A program made the position numbers and the translations under genes. A model generated the notes under the pieces. The model saw only the letters and a list, made by a program, of their open reading frames with translations, had not been told where the DNA came from and did no database searches. A stretch of 47,085 bases of DNA from Phoronis australis (Eukaryota > Animalia > Phoronida). The stretch is taken from assembly GCA_002633005.1 (NCBI GenBank), contig NMRA01000865.1, forward strand, positions 67,328-114,412, written 5' to 3'. Shown here in pieces: positions 1 to 10,224 of this stretch. The stretch's first letter is position 1, and each line of letters starts with the position of its first letter.

Positions 1-586
1 CCCCCCTAAATCCGCCTATGATACATATGGACAACAAAATTGTTGCAGCTACTCGTACTACAATGATAACACATTAGTAATAATTTTGAATTTGCCTTCC
101 GATTCAAAGCTCTTGATCATGGGGCGCCGTACCCGGCCAAGTGGTATTTGCGTAGATGACAGGATCGTTAAGACGATTAGGGAAGGCTTTATATTATGTT
201 ACTCATCGGCATTGATCACACATGGTGGTTGCACCGTAGGGAAACTAGGGAGTCTAGAACTAAGCTATTACAGAGGCGAGAGAGCTCCCAAAAAGTCACA
301 GTGGCGACCGTGACTAAGAAACAAATCAGCAGAAATAGGTTTGTTTTCTGATTTTGCTTGCTGGCTTACGGTAAAAGGCAGGCCTTTTCAAATTTGGAAT
401 TGAAAGTGTTCATCAAATACAGGTATGGTTTTCATCCAGTGTCCAATTCGATTGTGGATTGGTGGAATGATATGCATTCGTGTTCATTGTGTGCGTTTCC
501 GTCCTTTTAACTTCAGTAGAAGCCGATGGTAAGTTAACTATAGGCATCCCTCCGTCATTGCACAAACAAAAAAATTCAACTATGAC

Positions 587-905
587 TGCGTTTCCTTGCT
601 CTTAAAAAACACCGACGAGCACGTTCCCTATTTTGGAGAAAAGTAGATCTAAACCCAATAAAATGGTCAATTGAGATAGGCTTCGAGTCTCTTGTCAGTA
701 GTGTCAATGGTGCACAGCCTCACACACTTTATACGAGCAACTAACCTGTTGGAAAAGATTTCCAATATTAGGTACCACAATTCCGAAGGTTCGATACTCT
801 GAAGGTTCATTACTCAGAAGATTTGCCACCTTCGAAAGTTCACTACTTCGAATGTCCACAATTCCAAAACCAGAACTCGGACAGTTATTTTCTTCTTAAA
901 TATAC
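587..905 (+). repeat. Dispersed duplicate of 21766..22085
   Basis: GCGTTTCCTTGCTCT...GTTATTTTCTTCTTAAATATA is near-identical at both places. Confidence 0.93.
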
Positions 906-1059
906 ATGTAAGCACGGCCCCAGGAGTCGCTTAGCATTGTATTCAGGTTCTAATTCACACCCTTGCACATATGCAGTAGTAAGACCTAGCTCAGATGAGT
1001 AGGAGACACCTTTGTGCAATGCTCGATTGGCAGCCAGTAAAGCCAGGATTCGAACCCAG

Positions 1060-1210
1060 TCTCCCGTTCAGTAACGCTAGGACCTCGCTAAAAATCAATA
1101 CTTCGCGAGATTACGTGAGATATTGCCGTGTATTTCATATGAGAACACGTGACTTAGACTAGGTTTTAGCTAGGTCCTAGCGTAGGTCCTAGCGTCTACT
1201 GAACGCACAC
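1060..1210. mobile_element. Harbinger-like MITE with CAG TSD; second copy inverted at 42757..42907
   Basis: TIR CGTTCAGTA(G)ACGCTAGGACCT / AGGTCCTAGCGTCTACTGAACG. CAG at 1057..1059 and 1211..1213. Confidence 0.85.
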
Positions 1211-1213
1211 CAG

Positions 1214-1614
1214 CGCCCGGTCTCCAATCTTTTTACTCGAAATGGAACTCGAAATTAGGTTTGGCATTTTCTACTCTACTTTTGGGCGAACTCAAGATAA
1301 GTGTCTATTATTCTATGTTCGATTACACAATAACTTACGTAGATAATTTATTGCCCTTAGTTCACAGTTTGTAAACCCAATATTAAAGCAATAAGTTCGA
1401 GTTTGAACTCGAAATTTCGAGCTTTTACTCGAGTTTATAGCACGAATATAAGGGTCTTCAAGGGCAAACTTGAACTAGAAACTCCTATGCGTAAACTATA
1501 ATGTATTCGAGCACAGTCTGATAACCAATTATCCTACGTTCGCACAAAAGGAGCAGAGAAATTGCCAAAAATATTTTCGAGTTCGTTTCGAGTACAAAGA
1601 TTAGAGACCGGGCC
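1214..1614. mobile_element. Harbinger-like MITE with ~40-bp TIRs and CAG TSD
   Basis: GCCCGGTCTCCAATCTTTTTACTCGAAA ... TTTCGAGTACAAAGATTAGAGACCGGGC. CAG at 1211..1213 and 1615..1617. Confidence 0.88.
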
Positions 1615-2245
1615 CAGTTCTCCCAAGCAAGAGTCCCGACCTCAAACTACTGAGCTCAGTACACAGCTCATTACTCTCATTGTCATAACAAACGTGAATA
1701 AATTATTGTATTTGTGTCCATTCAGTAACCATTTAAAGGCTGTGCAAAAGTTGACTAGTTCTTAATACATTGATTTCGTTGTTTACAAATGAGCTCGGTT
1801 CCAGTCACTGCCAAATCGTCATTCTTGAATGTAACTAACGACTCATTCTCAAGCACGGACAACATCTAGGGCACGGGTCAGGGCTGCGGCGACCAACGGT
1901 TTCAGTTTAAGAAGACTGAATGGGGCTCACTGACTTCGTGAAGACTGGCAGGGACAGGGTAGCCTGCTAACTACATTTAATTTCGACCCGCTGCGCGCGT
2001 GGTTCCGGTGCGTGAGGATCAGACGCAGCGGCACTAAACTTTTCAGTCGCGCTGTGAAATGATACGACCTTGACATGGATTTATTGTGGTTGATAATTCA
2101 TTAATATTTCCACTCCATATTTTTTATAATGCAATAACGTTCTCAAATTCCGAGTTTGTAAGACATGCGGGCAATTTCGCAGGTGTATGAAATCCAAACA
2201 ATTACATATCAGTACATGGGCGTTGGTTGTTTTCGCTATAGGTAC

Positions 2246-2562
2246 CAGTGGCGGATCTAGGATACCGTAAGGGGTGACCCAACATGTTGACTCAGGTAAT
2301 TGGGCAAAGCACGTGTGCATGCGCAAGGCCGGCCTGAAAGTTGCTTGGCCGGTAATGAGGACCGTCAGCTCGAAAAATCAATCGAAGAACTAAAAAAAAA
2401 ACGGTGCCACAGTTCCGCCGCGGTCTCACTCTGAGCCCTCCCTCCCCCTTCATCCGCTACCGGTTCTACAGTTACTGAACTCAATCTTTCCTCACCCTTC
2501 TCGTTATTCATTTTGGTTGCGGCAACCAAAGGGGGGTCACCTGCCCCCTAAATCCGCTTATG
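2246..2562. mobile_element. hAT-like MITE with 5-bp TSD GGTAC
   Basis: GGTAC|CAGTGGCGGATCTAGG ... CCTAAATCCGCTTATG|GGTAC. The same right end occurs at 1..20 and 35672..35691. Confidence 0.85.
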
Positions 2563-3132
2563 GGTACACCGTTCAGTGTATTTATTATTCATTTTTGCAT
2601 GTAAAAGTGTAAAAATTACACCTGAGTTGAAAAAGTTAGATCTTTTCGTAGTAATAAACATTAGAAGTAGTGAACCTTCGTAATGACGAATCAAATGGTG
2701 AGTAGTGGGCTGTTCCCATTTCCAACGACGTAAGCAACTTTATATAATTAGATAAAAAAATTCATCACATTTTTCTCCGAGAGCTAATTATTTCTGTCCG
2801 AGTAGGTCTAATCACCCATTTAAGCATGCTGGTTTGAAAAAAAATAAAGGAAGTAACCCAAAAACGTTTTGGACCACATTACATCCGAATTGCTCGTTGC
2901 GAGCAAACGTCACAGCAACCTCATCTCTGACATCATTGATTCCGTCTCATCTCAAAAACATAGAGCTGAGAGTCATCGTTGTGTATACAAATTTCCCTTC
3001 CCCCTGATTAAGCTGCGTCAACTGGGGGCCTTAATGAAAACTCCACAGTGTCGACGGACGTTTGTAAAGTATTAAAGGTCCACCGTTCAAGAAATTCGAA
3101 CCACCCCCTGCGCAATGCTGGCAACGGGCCTG

Positions 3133-3172
3133 GTGTGTGTGTGTGCGTGTGTGTGCGTGTGCGTGTGTGTGT
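3133..3172. repeat. (TG)n/(TGCG) microsatellite
   Basis: tgtgtgtgtgtgcgtgtgtgtgcgtgtgcgtgtgtgtg. Confidence 0.9.
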
Positions 3173-3407
3173 TTTGGTGTGGGTGAATGTTATTAGCCGA
3201 GATTGCTGTACCAAATAACTTTTTTCACGAGACCAGAGTTCTCTGCACAGTGCTGCAGAGAGGCGAGTTCCGTAACGCGAGTTTGGCGACTGAGACCACG
3301 CAACAACACCTGAAAGGCGCATCGCGAGTAAACTTGGGATTTTACTTGGGCGTACGCTCGCCAAAGGGCCGCCTGAAATTGATCGGTGAGTCTGGAATAT
3401 TGAGTTA

Positions 3408-4052
3408 GGTGGCACTGAATAGTTAGGCTGCGGCCCTACTCCCAAAATATTAAAATTTTGGGGTAGGCCAAGTTTGGGGGCATTTTGTAGGTGGGCATTG
3501 CATGTTGGCTCAGTGAATGTGGTTTGTTTGCATTTGTGAACATGCTGAGAATAAAAAGGCCACTTTCTCGGCTGCAGCTGCACTCTTCTTCAAGATGGTG
3601 GCCCCCGGTTGCAATTGTGCATTGCTGGGTAGCGACTGAGAAATTGGCCGCGATTTCAGCTAGCCCTCAAACAAGCCAGGTTTGCAAAAAAACTAGTTAG
3701 TTGACAGTACTTTTGGACCAAGTTCGGAATCTGTAGGAAATTTACTTTCAGAATCTATTGTTGGTTTTAGTCGTGCATCGGCAGGAATGTGGTGATTTTA
3801 GGGTGAAAAGTGCTGATTTTGCATTTTCTTGCCCTTATTTTTCTTAGTTCAGTTTGGTTTCCACTGGGAGTGAAAGGGTAAAAAATACAAGAGAGTACAA
3901 AGTTTCTATGCTCATCTGTAAGGCTTGTGATGTGAAATGACTCAAAACTTTTCTTTATTTGCATGCAGTTTTGACACAGTGAAAAAAGGGTAAAGAGTCC
4001 ATTGACGTGTGTTCTGATAGGCAAATCCCAATGAGAACTGTTCAGTGCCTCC
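3408..4052. mobile_element. PIF/Harbinger-like MITE with TTA TSD
   Basis: TTA|GGTGGCACTGAATAGTT ... AACTGTTCAGTGCCTCC|TTA. The paralogous empty site gagTTAtggaagaaaac near 15546 has a single TTA. Confidence 0.88.
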
Positions 4053-4186
4053 TTATGTAAGAAAACGTAAGTTAGCGGCACAGTGCTGCGAGCAGAAATA
4101 ATACTAAGAGAGAGTAGTCAAGTGCCATTTCCGTTTAAGCTGCCATGAAGATTTATCGCAGCAAGCGTTTTCCCGGCGTTACGAAA

Positions 4187-4746
4187 GGATTGTTCTAAGA
4201 TCTCCTCGACCCCCACACCCTCTACCCACGACCCACAGCCCCGATGACCCCCTCAACCCACCTCCTACAATACCCGAAGCCACGGGGTTCGGCTCTGTCA
4301 GGTTATCGACTCACCTTCGGTTTCGCTGGGTCTGGCTGGTATTAAGCAGTGGAGGATTTAAAGGAGGGCGGGGAGACCAAGGGTACCAAACAGAAAGCAA
4401 ATAACAAAAGTGTGAAATTATGTGTAAGTAACGTACTCTTTCCATAAGTTTGAACAAAGACGTTGATAGCCACTCCTGGAACTATTTCCGTGACAATTAA
4501 CAATAGTACACTTACAATCCGCCATTTCAGATCTCGTTCTTACGCCACTTGTCGTTTTTAACTACCAGCTTTGAGCCAAAGCAGGTTCGTGTAGTTAAGT
4601 CTTATGAGAAAATCATCCAGCGACTTAATAAGATCATATAATTTGTAAAAAGCCCAAAGGCGCCTCTATTGCCGCAGGTCGAGAGTGCTGTGGGTCGTGG
4701 GGGTCGTCGGGCGTGGGGTTCGCGGGGGGGGGGCTTAGAACAATCC
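4187..4746. mobile_element. MITE with TIR GGATTGTTCTAAG and C-rich/G-rich subterminal repeats (superfamily unassigned)
   Basis: GGATTGTTCTAAG ... CTTAGAACAATCC. Absent from the paralogous intron near 15690. Confidence 0.85.
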
Positions 4747-4888
4747 GCACGGAACGTGTCTCTATTTCAACTCATCATCCATTATCACCGTTAGCATTAC
4801 TGTTTAATTAAAAGCCCATTTTGAGTGAAACAACACTCATCATACGTGAAATCCACTTGTAATTTGTACACAATGTTTATCTTTTCAG

Positions 4889-5039
4889 TGTTGACTGTGT
4901 TGACGTGGGAAAAGACGGGATACTCTTCCGTGGCAGGTATTATACTGTGCAAAAGAGTTCTAAAGGATTTTATATGGAAGGTTTCAAAATGAAGAGCAAA
5001 AAAGTGGATTATTTAGTTTGCGACTGTATACCAGTTTAA
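4889..5039 (+). CDS. Last exon of paralogous cystine-knot gene copy A (upstream exons not found in the window; may be a pseudogene)
   Basis: Acceptor atcttttcag|T. Same length (151 nt) and phase as 15834..15984. Encodes VDCVDVGKDGILFRGRYYTVQKSSKGFYMEGFKMKSKKVDYLVCDCIPV*, 29/49 aa identical to copy B, with one knot Cys changed to Tyr. Flanking intron and 3' UTR (about 3197..5250) align with about 15340..16180. AATAAA near 5186. Confidence 0.7.
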
Positions 5040-5321
5040 AAAGAATAAGACTGAGGAGCACAGGTGCTAATAGATAGGATGCAACAATGATAAAGAACTT
5101 GACCTTCTTCAACACGTAGCTCCGGAGCAACTAAAGATATTGTTGAAGGTATAACGTTGTCAATAATCACTATGTAAAATATCGGAATAAAGTCATTATA
5201 TTAAAACATAAGTGAATGAGACATTGATTCATTTAAACCTGAATGAGCCACAGTATTGCACTTTACATAATGTTTTTCATACCAATGGATTTGGTTTCTT
5301 TGACTGTGGCTTTTGTTTTAA

Positions 5322-6409
5322 AGTGGCATAGAACGTGAAACAGAATAAATTGCATTATTCAAAGTGGCTCTCTGCCACTCAGACAGAAGTCAAACTATTT
5401 GCCAGGCACATTTACAGTTTGTTCACAAAGATTTTGAATTTCTGTTCATGTTAAAACATTTTTCATTAGTTTCAAATTTGGAAAAAATTCGATCTGCAAG
5501 CTGCTGGTCACTTCGTCGACAATCCTCCCACACAGCAAAGCACGTCTGCTTATTTGGCGTGACAAGACATAAACAAGGAGCATTTCCATAATACGGAAAA
5601 TGTGATCTTTGGCATTTGATGTGAACAAAACAATGGTGACTTCAAGCAGTGAACAGTTCGACTTCTTTGAGTGAATGCGCGCATATATATTCTTAGAAGT
5701 GAAGAATTTGAAAATTGAATGAGATGAAAGAGCTTGCATTTCGTCTGTGTTTCGAGAATAATGAATCTGATTATTTTGCTATAAATTCTCGGAATTTATA
5801 GAAAAATTACAGTGTAATATTCAAAGTGAACAGTTCTTACGTTAAACAGTGACCATCGTCCTACTGGCCCCGACAGTAGGACAGTGGAGCTCTTATAGGC
5901 GCTTCATACGCCGGAAGCTTTTCGGCGAATTGTCTTGCACTGACTAAAACTTCAAAGTCACATTGTTATAAATACCTTTTGCTCACAAAGGGATACCTTA
6001 GGAGGTCATCCATTCCAAGTATGCAATTCGAGGGGACGTCATACCACCTGGCGCGCGCAAAGTTCAAAATGGTGAGTTACCGATTTTGGGAACGGAACGA
6101 GGGACTGCTCGAGAAAAAAAATTTGATAACGAGAGTATTTGTTCGAGTTGGAAGGAATTAAATACATCGACAGCCTTCTAAGGAGTCCCTCTATGCGCAA
6201 AAGGTGTTTATAACAAGATAGCATTTATGTTTAAGTCAGTTCCAAGGTGCGAGGCATAATTCGCCGAAAATCTTTCGGCGTATGAAGCACCTATAAGAGC
6301 TTCACTGTCTCTACTGCGGAGCCACACTAGTAGAGACAGTGGCCATTGTCTACTCTTACGTTAGCATCCCGAAGAACAAGCTTTGTTTAAAAGGTTCCAC
6401 GCCTCTTTT
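5322..6409. mobile_element. Old Kolobok-like non-autonomous element hosting the foldback at 5843..6352
   Basis: TTAA-AGTGGCATAGAACG at the left versus GGTTCCACGCCTCTTTT-TTAA at the right (imperfect inverted match). Confidence 0.45.
5843..6352. mobile_element. Foldback element with ~165-bp TIRs and a 9-bp TSD (AcademH- or MuDR-type)
   Basis: TAAACAGTGACCA..GCTCTTATAGGCGCTTCATACGCCG..TTTTCGGCGAATT is mirrored at 6172..6352. Flanks are TTCTTACGT and CTCTTACGT. Confidence 0.85.
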
Positions 6410-6870
6410 TTAAAATACCAACTGTACATTTGGCGTACGATTCGTTGACGCGAGAACCTAACTGAACGAAAGATTTTGCGAGATATTGCCGCTGATGGTA
6501 CTACAAATGAAGCACACGATCACATCAGTGTCCTTCGCTAGATTCTTGCGTTTACAGAGTTCCATTCGTGTCTCACCCACAGGCGTCCTCAGCTTCTGAT
6601 CGTCTCCAGAACAATATATATATAAATACTACAAGGTGTGACACTCGGGACAAGGAATTCCACAGGTGATTCACTTCAGCCGTCCATATCAAACACAAGA
6701 CTCGATAAATTTACACAAAACAGGGTTTCAGCCAACCATTAGCAATTGTTCTTTCTTCTAATACCATTCACGGTGTCCTGCTCCAGCGAGATCGCAACAA
6801 ATTCGCGGTAAAAGCACATAAATGTTCTAAAAAAAGCCCACGCATCAGTCCTCCCTTGACGGTTCGTTGA

Positions 6871-7011
6871 AGGTAAGAGGACGGTACGGAATTATCAGTT
6901 ACTAATGGCCGGTTCATCACAGAAGGTTACTAAATTGTCTGGATAAGCGTGGAGTTATCGATGTCGTGACACTCCGTGACAAATCCGCAATTGCCGTACC
7001 GTTCTTGACCT
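6871..7011. mobile_element. Small inverted-repeat element abutting the copy B promoter
   Basis: AGGTAAGAGGACGGTACGGAATT ... AATTGCCGTACCGTTCTTGACCT. Confidence 0.6.
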
Positions 7012-7373
7012 CATCCAAGTTCGTGAAGGCGAAAACGCTCAAGCGTAGTGAAATGACCCATACATAACAGTGTCACTGTAAACTGAGCAGTGGGTGTTTC
7101 TTAGCTCACACGTAACTAAAGTAAATCTTACATGTGACAGAGATACTACTGGAACACCTGCTGGACGTTTAAGATATGTGAATGAACCTATTCGCAGAAT
7201 TGACCTAAACCAATCCCAAAAATGAAAAAACTAACGTACCTCATTTAGTTAGCGTAACTTGCTGTAAAAATAGAAAACGTTCATCCAGTCACGTAGACTT
7301 GTTTGTGACCATTTTAAATAGTTTGAGAAACAACAAATTGTCTCAGTGTTCGAGCCATCTTGAGTGACAAATC
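7011..7373 (+). promoter_or_regulatory. Putative proximal promoter and 5' UTR of copy B
   Basis: Conserved with 43581..43976. TATA-like TTTAAATA at 7313..7320 (TATAAATA at 43914..43921 in copy C) about 55-60 nt before the ATG. Shared motifs TCACGT and GTTAGCRTAAC. Confidence 0.5.
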
Positions 7374-7394
7374 ATGTTTTTGTGGACTGTTTTG
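7374..7394 (+). CDS. Exon 1 (MFLWTVL) of a secreted neurotrophin/Spaetzle-like cystine-knot precursor, copy B
   Basis: aaatcATGTTTTTGTGGACTGTTTTG|gtaagt has a perfect donor at 7395, phase 0. It joins 8009 in frame to give the signal-peptide-like MFLWTVLVTVIFARNAFS-QN. ATG and donor are conserved in the paralogous block at 43977..43997. Confidence 0.75.
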
Positions 7395-8008
7395 GTAAGT
7401 TTCTTATAACACCACAATACTGTTTGGAGTAAGGATGTTATATATTGTTGACATAAAGTGGGGGAAAAAGTATTCAAAGGAGCAGTAAAAAATAACTAAA
7501 TCACATAGCCATTGTCCCAGACAAATTGATCGTTTTCTACAATCGGTATCATTATAAGTCTCGTGTTAAGTATAAACAGAAGGAATGCTAATAATATGTC
7601 AAGTGTGGATGTCTTCAACCCCAAACGCCTCTTGCGGCTCAGCAAAAAATAATTTAACTTAAATCAGCAGTAGCGCAGAAAAGAACCCATGAATTCGGCT
7701 TGAATAACTGTTGCGCCAGGTCCCAAAGCAGTGCATAGCATAGTAGCATAGTATTTTTAAAATATATTTTGTTAAAAACGCTGGCCTTTATTTTAAAGAA
7801 TGGCTAGCAGACAACTGCGAGATTTGGCGATTTGTAACAAATCAAAAGCAACGAATGTTGTTTTATAGCTGTGGTCAAAGTTGAAAACTTAAAGAAGCAT
7901 GTCCCAACCAACAGTTATACTCAGACTGCATTTTTTTCGGCCGTAAAACCGATAACGCCTCTTTGACCGTTTTATTTTTTATCTAAACTCCATGTACTTT
8001 CTGTATAG

Positions 8009-8430
8009 GTAACGGTGATTTTCGCCAGAAATGCCTTCTCCCAGAATACTATATTTACAAGTAGGCCAACGACGACAGCCTACCCAGACACTACCACAAA
8101 AGAAAAGACGAGTGAGTCAACGACTACAGCCTACCCAGACACTACCACAAAAGCAAGGACCAGTGAGTCAACGACGACAGCCTACCCAGACACTACCACA
8201 AAAGCAAGGACCAGTGAGCCAACGACGACAGCTTACCTAGATACTACCACCGAAGCTATGACGAGTGAGCCAACGACGACAGCCACTACCATATACACTA
8301 CCAGAAAAGCAATAAAGCGTAAACGATGTAAAGATCGCAAGATGAAAAAAATAACACAGATCCCCGGAGAAAATGGTTCTTTTATAAAGCTATTGGTACC
8401 ATTTCAACCATACAAGTGCTCGTGCAACAG
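8009..8430 (+). CDS. Exon 2 of copy B: end of signal peptide, Thr-rich mucin-like repeats, KRKR, first half of the cystine knot
   Basis: Acceptor ctttctgtatag|GTA. Open frame VTVIFARNAFSQ...(TTTAYPDTTTKARTSES)x4...RKAIKRKRCKDRKMKKITQIPGENGSFIKLLVPFQPYKCSCN. Donor AG|gtaagt at 8431, phase 2. Confidence 0.85.
8069..8284 (+). repeat. Coding 51-bp tandem repeat (17 aa, TTTAYPDTTTKARTSES), four full units plus a partial one
   Basis: Units start at 8069, 8120, 8171, 8222 and 8273, in frame within exon 2. Confidence 0.95.
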
Positions 8431-8919
8431 GTAAGTAATAACTTTTTGTTGTTATACGCCCACCTATACACATGTGGATGCATCATTGTCATCTCTGTTA
8501 GGGAGTCCATTATCAACACTTGATAATCAAGTCAGTGCACTCATCGCCAGAAATTTGTAACATTCTTGATCATCTAGGTGACGCTTAGCGCCATAACCCC
8601 AACCAATCATAAGAACGCATGGTTAGTTAAAAGTCAGGAAGCTTGGGCAACAGTATCGTAATTGTGAGCTTAAAGTGTTAGACCGGGATCCCATAGCTTT
8701 TTGGACATGAAAAGGTAACCAATTTTCTTTTGTGCCATAGTGCTCTATGGATATCCTCATGTTTCGAAATGGCAGTCTGGCAGGTTTGCTCTGGTGGGAG
8801 TGGTCAGGGGAGCCAAGAAAACGACACTTGAATATTGAGCAAGATCAATGTTTCTGGTAATCACTTAAAACTGCCGTCGATACCTACATGTACTACGTCA
8901 ATCCACTGTATCAAAATTG

Positions 8920-10040
8920 GTCACTGCCAGACAATTTAAGTATCAGCCAGACGGTTATAAACAGAGTAAAAATTGAGTTGAGGATTCCAAGAGGTAACTG
9001 CATGAAACCAGTTGCAAAATATTCACCATAAACCAACGTATCACGCCGAATAAACGATGTCAGACAAATTTAGCGGTGTATAAAAGACACGCCCAAATAA
9101 TTATTTTCGAGTTGAGCTGGATCAACCCACCAGGTATCCGTCTGAACCTAATTGCTCGATGTTCAGCATCACTTCACATGACATAACAGCTAGATGCCAG
9201 TGGTGGGTTGCCCCTGCAGACGATTATTAAAAGGTTTAAAATTTCAGCTAGAACAACCAAAGAGGTAACCGCATAAAACCAGTTGCAAAAGATTCATTGT
9301 AAGCCCAGGAATCAGTCATGGATAAACACTGCCATACAAATCTAATAGTGGGGTAGCCCTGCCAGACACGCACAAATACCTGAGATCAGCTAGATGAACC
9401 TTACAGGTAACCGTTCGATACCAATTGCACGATGTTCATCATCACAGTACATGGCACAACAGTAAGATGCCAGAAAATTTCGGCAGTGGGGTGCCAGTGG
9501 CGGGTTTGGGGGAGGGATAAGAGGGCCATGGCCCTTCTAAAATTCTCCCAGATTCCATTTGGCAGTTCGGGATGCGAATTGCTGACTAGCATATGCGTGC
9601 ACCCAGGGGGGTTCGGGGGGCAAATACACAATGCATAGGCCTTAAGTAAACCTCGTTTGTTTGTTTGTAATAAGTTACAGAAGCCCAAACATTCGAGACC
9701 TCCTACATCCCTACACTTTAGGCTGAGTGCACGCACGAGGCGAAATTCTGGTTATTCCTGTACCCTGGTCCCCCCTAACTCAAAATCCTGGATCCGCCCC
9801 TGAGTGCCCCTGCCAGACAATTACAAAAACAGCTAAATCAACCCAAGAGGTAACCGAATGAAAACAGTTGCAAAATATTCTACTTAAGACCATGTATCGT
9901 GAATAAACAGTGCAAGAGAAGTCTAGTGTTGAATTAGAAGCTCCTCACGACGGAATATCTGACTCTGAGTTGAGCTAGAATTACCCGCCAGGTAAGTGTT
10001 TGAAACCATTTGCATGATGTCCACCAACACTTCGCCTGCA
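8920..10040. repeat. Degenerate satellite-like array: about 270-bp unit of two related ~135-bp subunits, about 3 units, interrupted by a MITE
   Basis: The anchor AAGAGGTAAC..CAGTTGCAAAA recurs near 8990, 9260 and 9846. The alternate subunit GCTRGA..CAGGTA..TTGC.CGATGT recurs near 9132, 9405 and 9990. Confidence 0.75.
9495..9802. mobile_element. hAT-like MITE (near-5-bp TSD GGTGC/AGTGC) with a nested MITE at 9592..9737
   Basis: CAGTGGCGGGTTTGG ... CCTGGATCCGCCCCTG interrupts a satellite unit. The inner TATGCGTGCACCCAG ... CTGAGTGCACGCACG is related to 28156..28342. Confidence 0.75.
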
Positions 10041-10224
10041 ACAAAAGGTAACTTATTAGTAGTGAGTAACGTCATTGTCGATCGAGGAACAGATAAACTC
10101 AAGCGCTTGTGACAGCAACCACGCCACCTTCGGCTTCGGAACCTCCGATTTCTGCTAAGTCGTCTGCCGCACCTAGTTTCTACGGTGGCTGTAAAAGGAC
10201 GGCACGGCAACTTTTTCTCCGTTG

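Larger units (their letters stand above)
905..1668 (-). mobile_element. tRNA-derived SINE split by two adjacent MITEs
   Basis: Removing 1060..1617 restores the minus-strand head GAGCTCAGTAGTTTGAGGTCGGGACTCTTGCTTGGGAGAACTGGGTTCGAATCCTGGC, with an A-box-like motif and the B box GGTTCGAATCC. Confidence 0.7.

Noticed and set aside
86-425. Candidate upstream exon of copy A (ORF 86..313, possible donor near 423)
   Set aside because: No similarity to copy B exon 2: no Thr repeats and no KCSCN.
3008-3583. 191-aa minus-strand ORF
   Set aside because: It crosses a MITE boundary and a TG microsatellite, has a non-ATG start and shows no recognisable domain.
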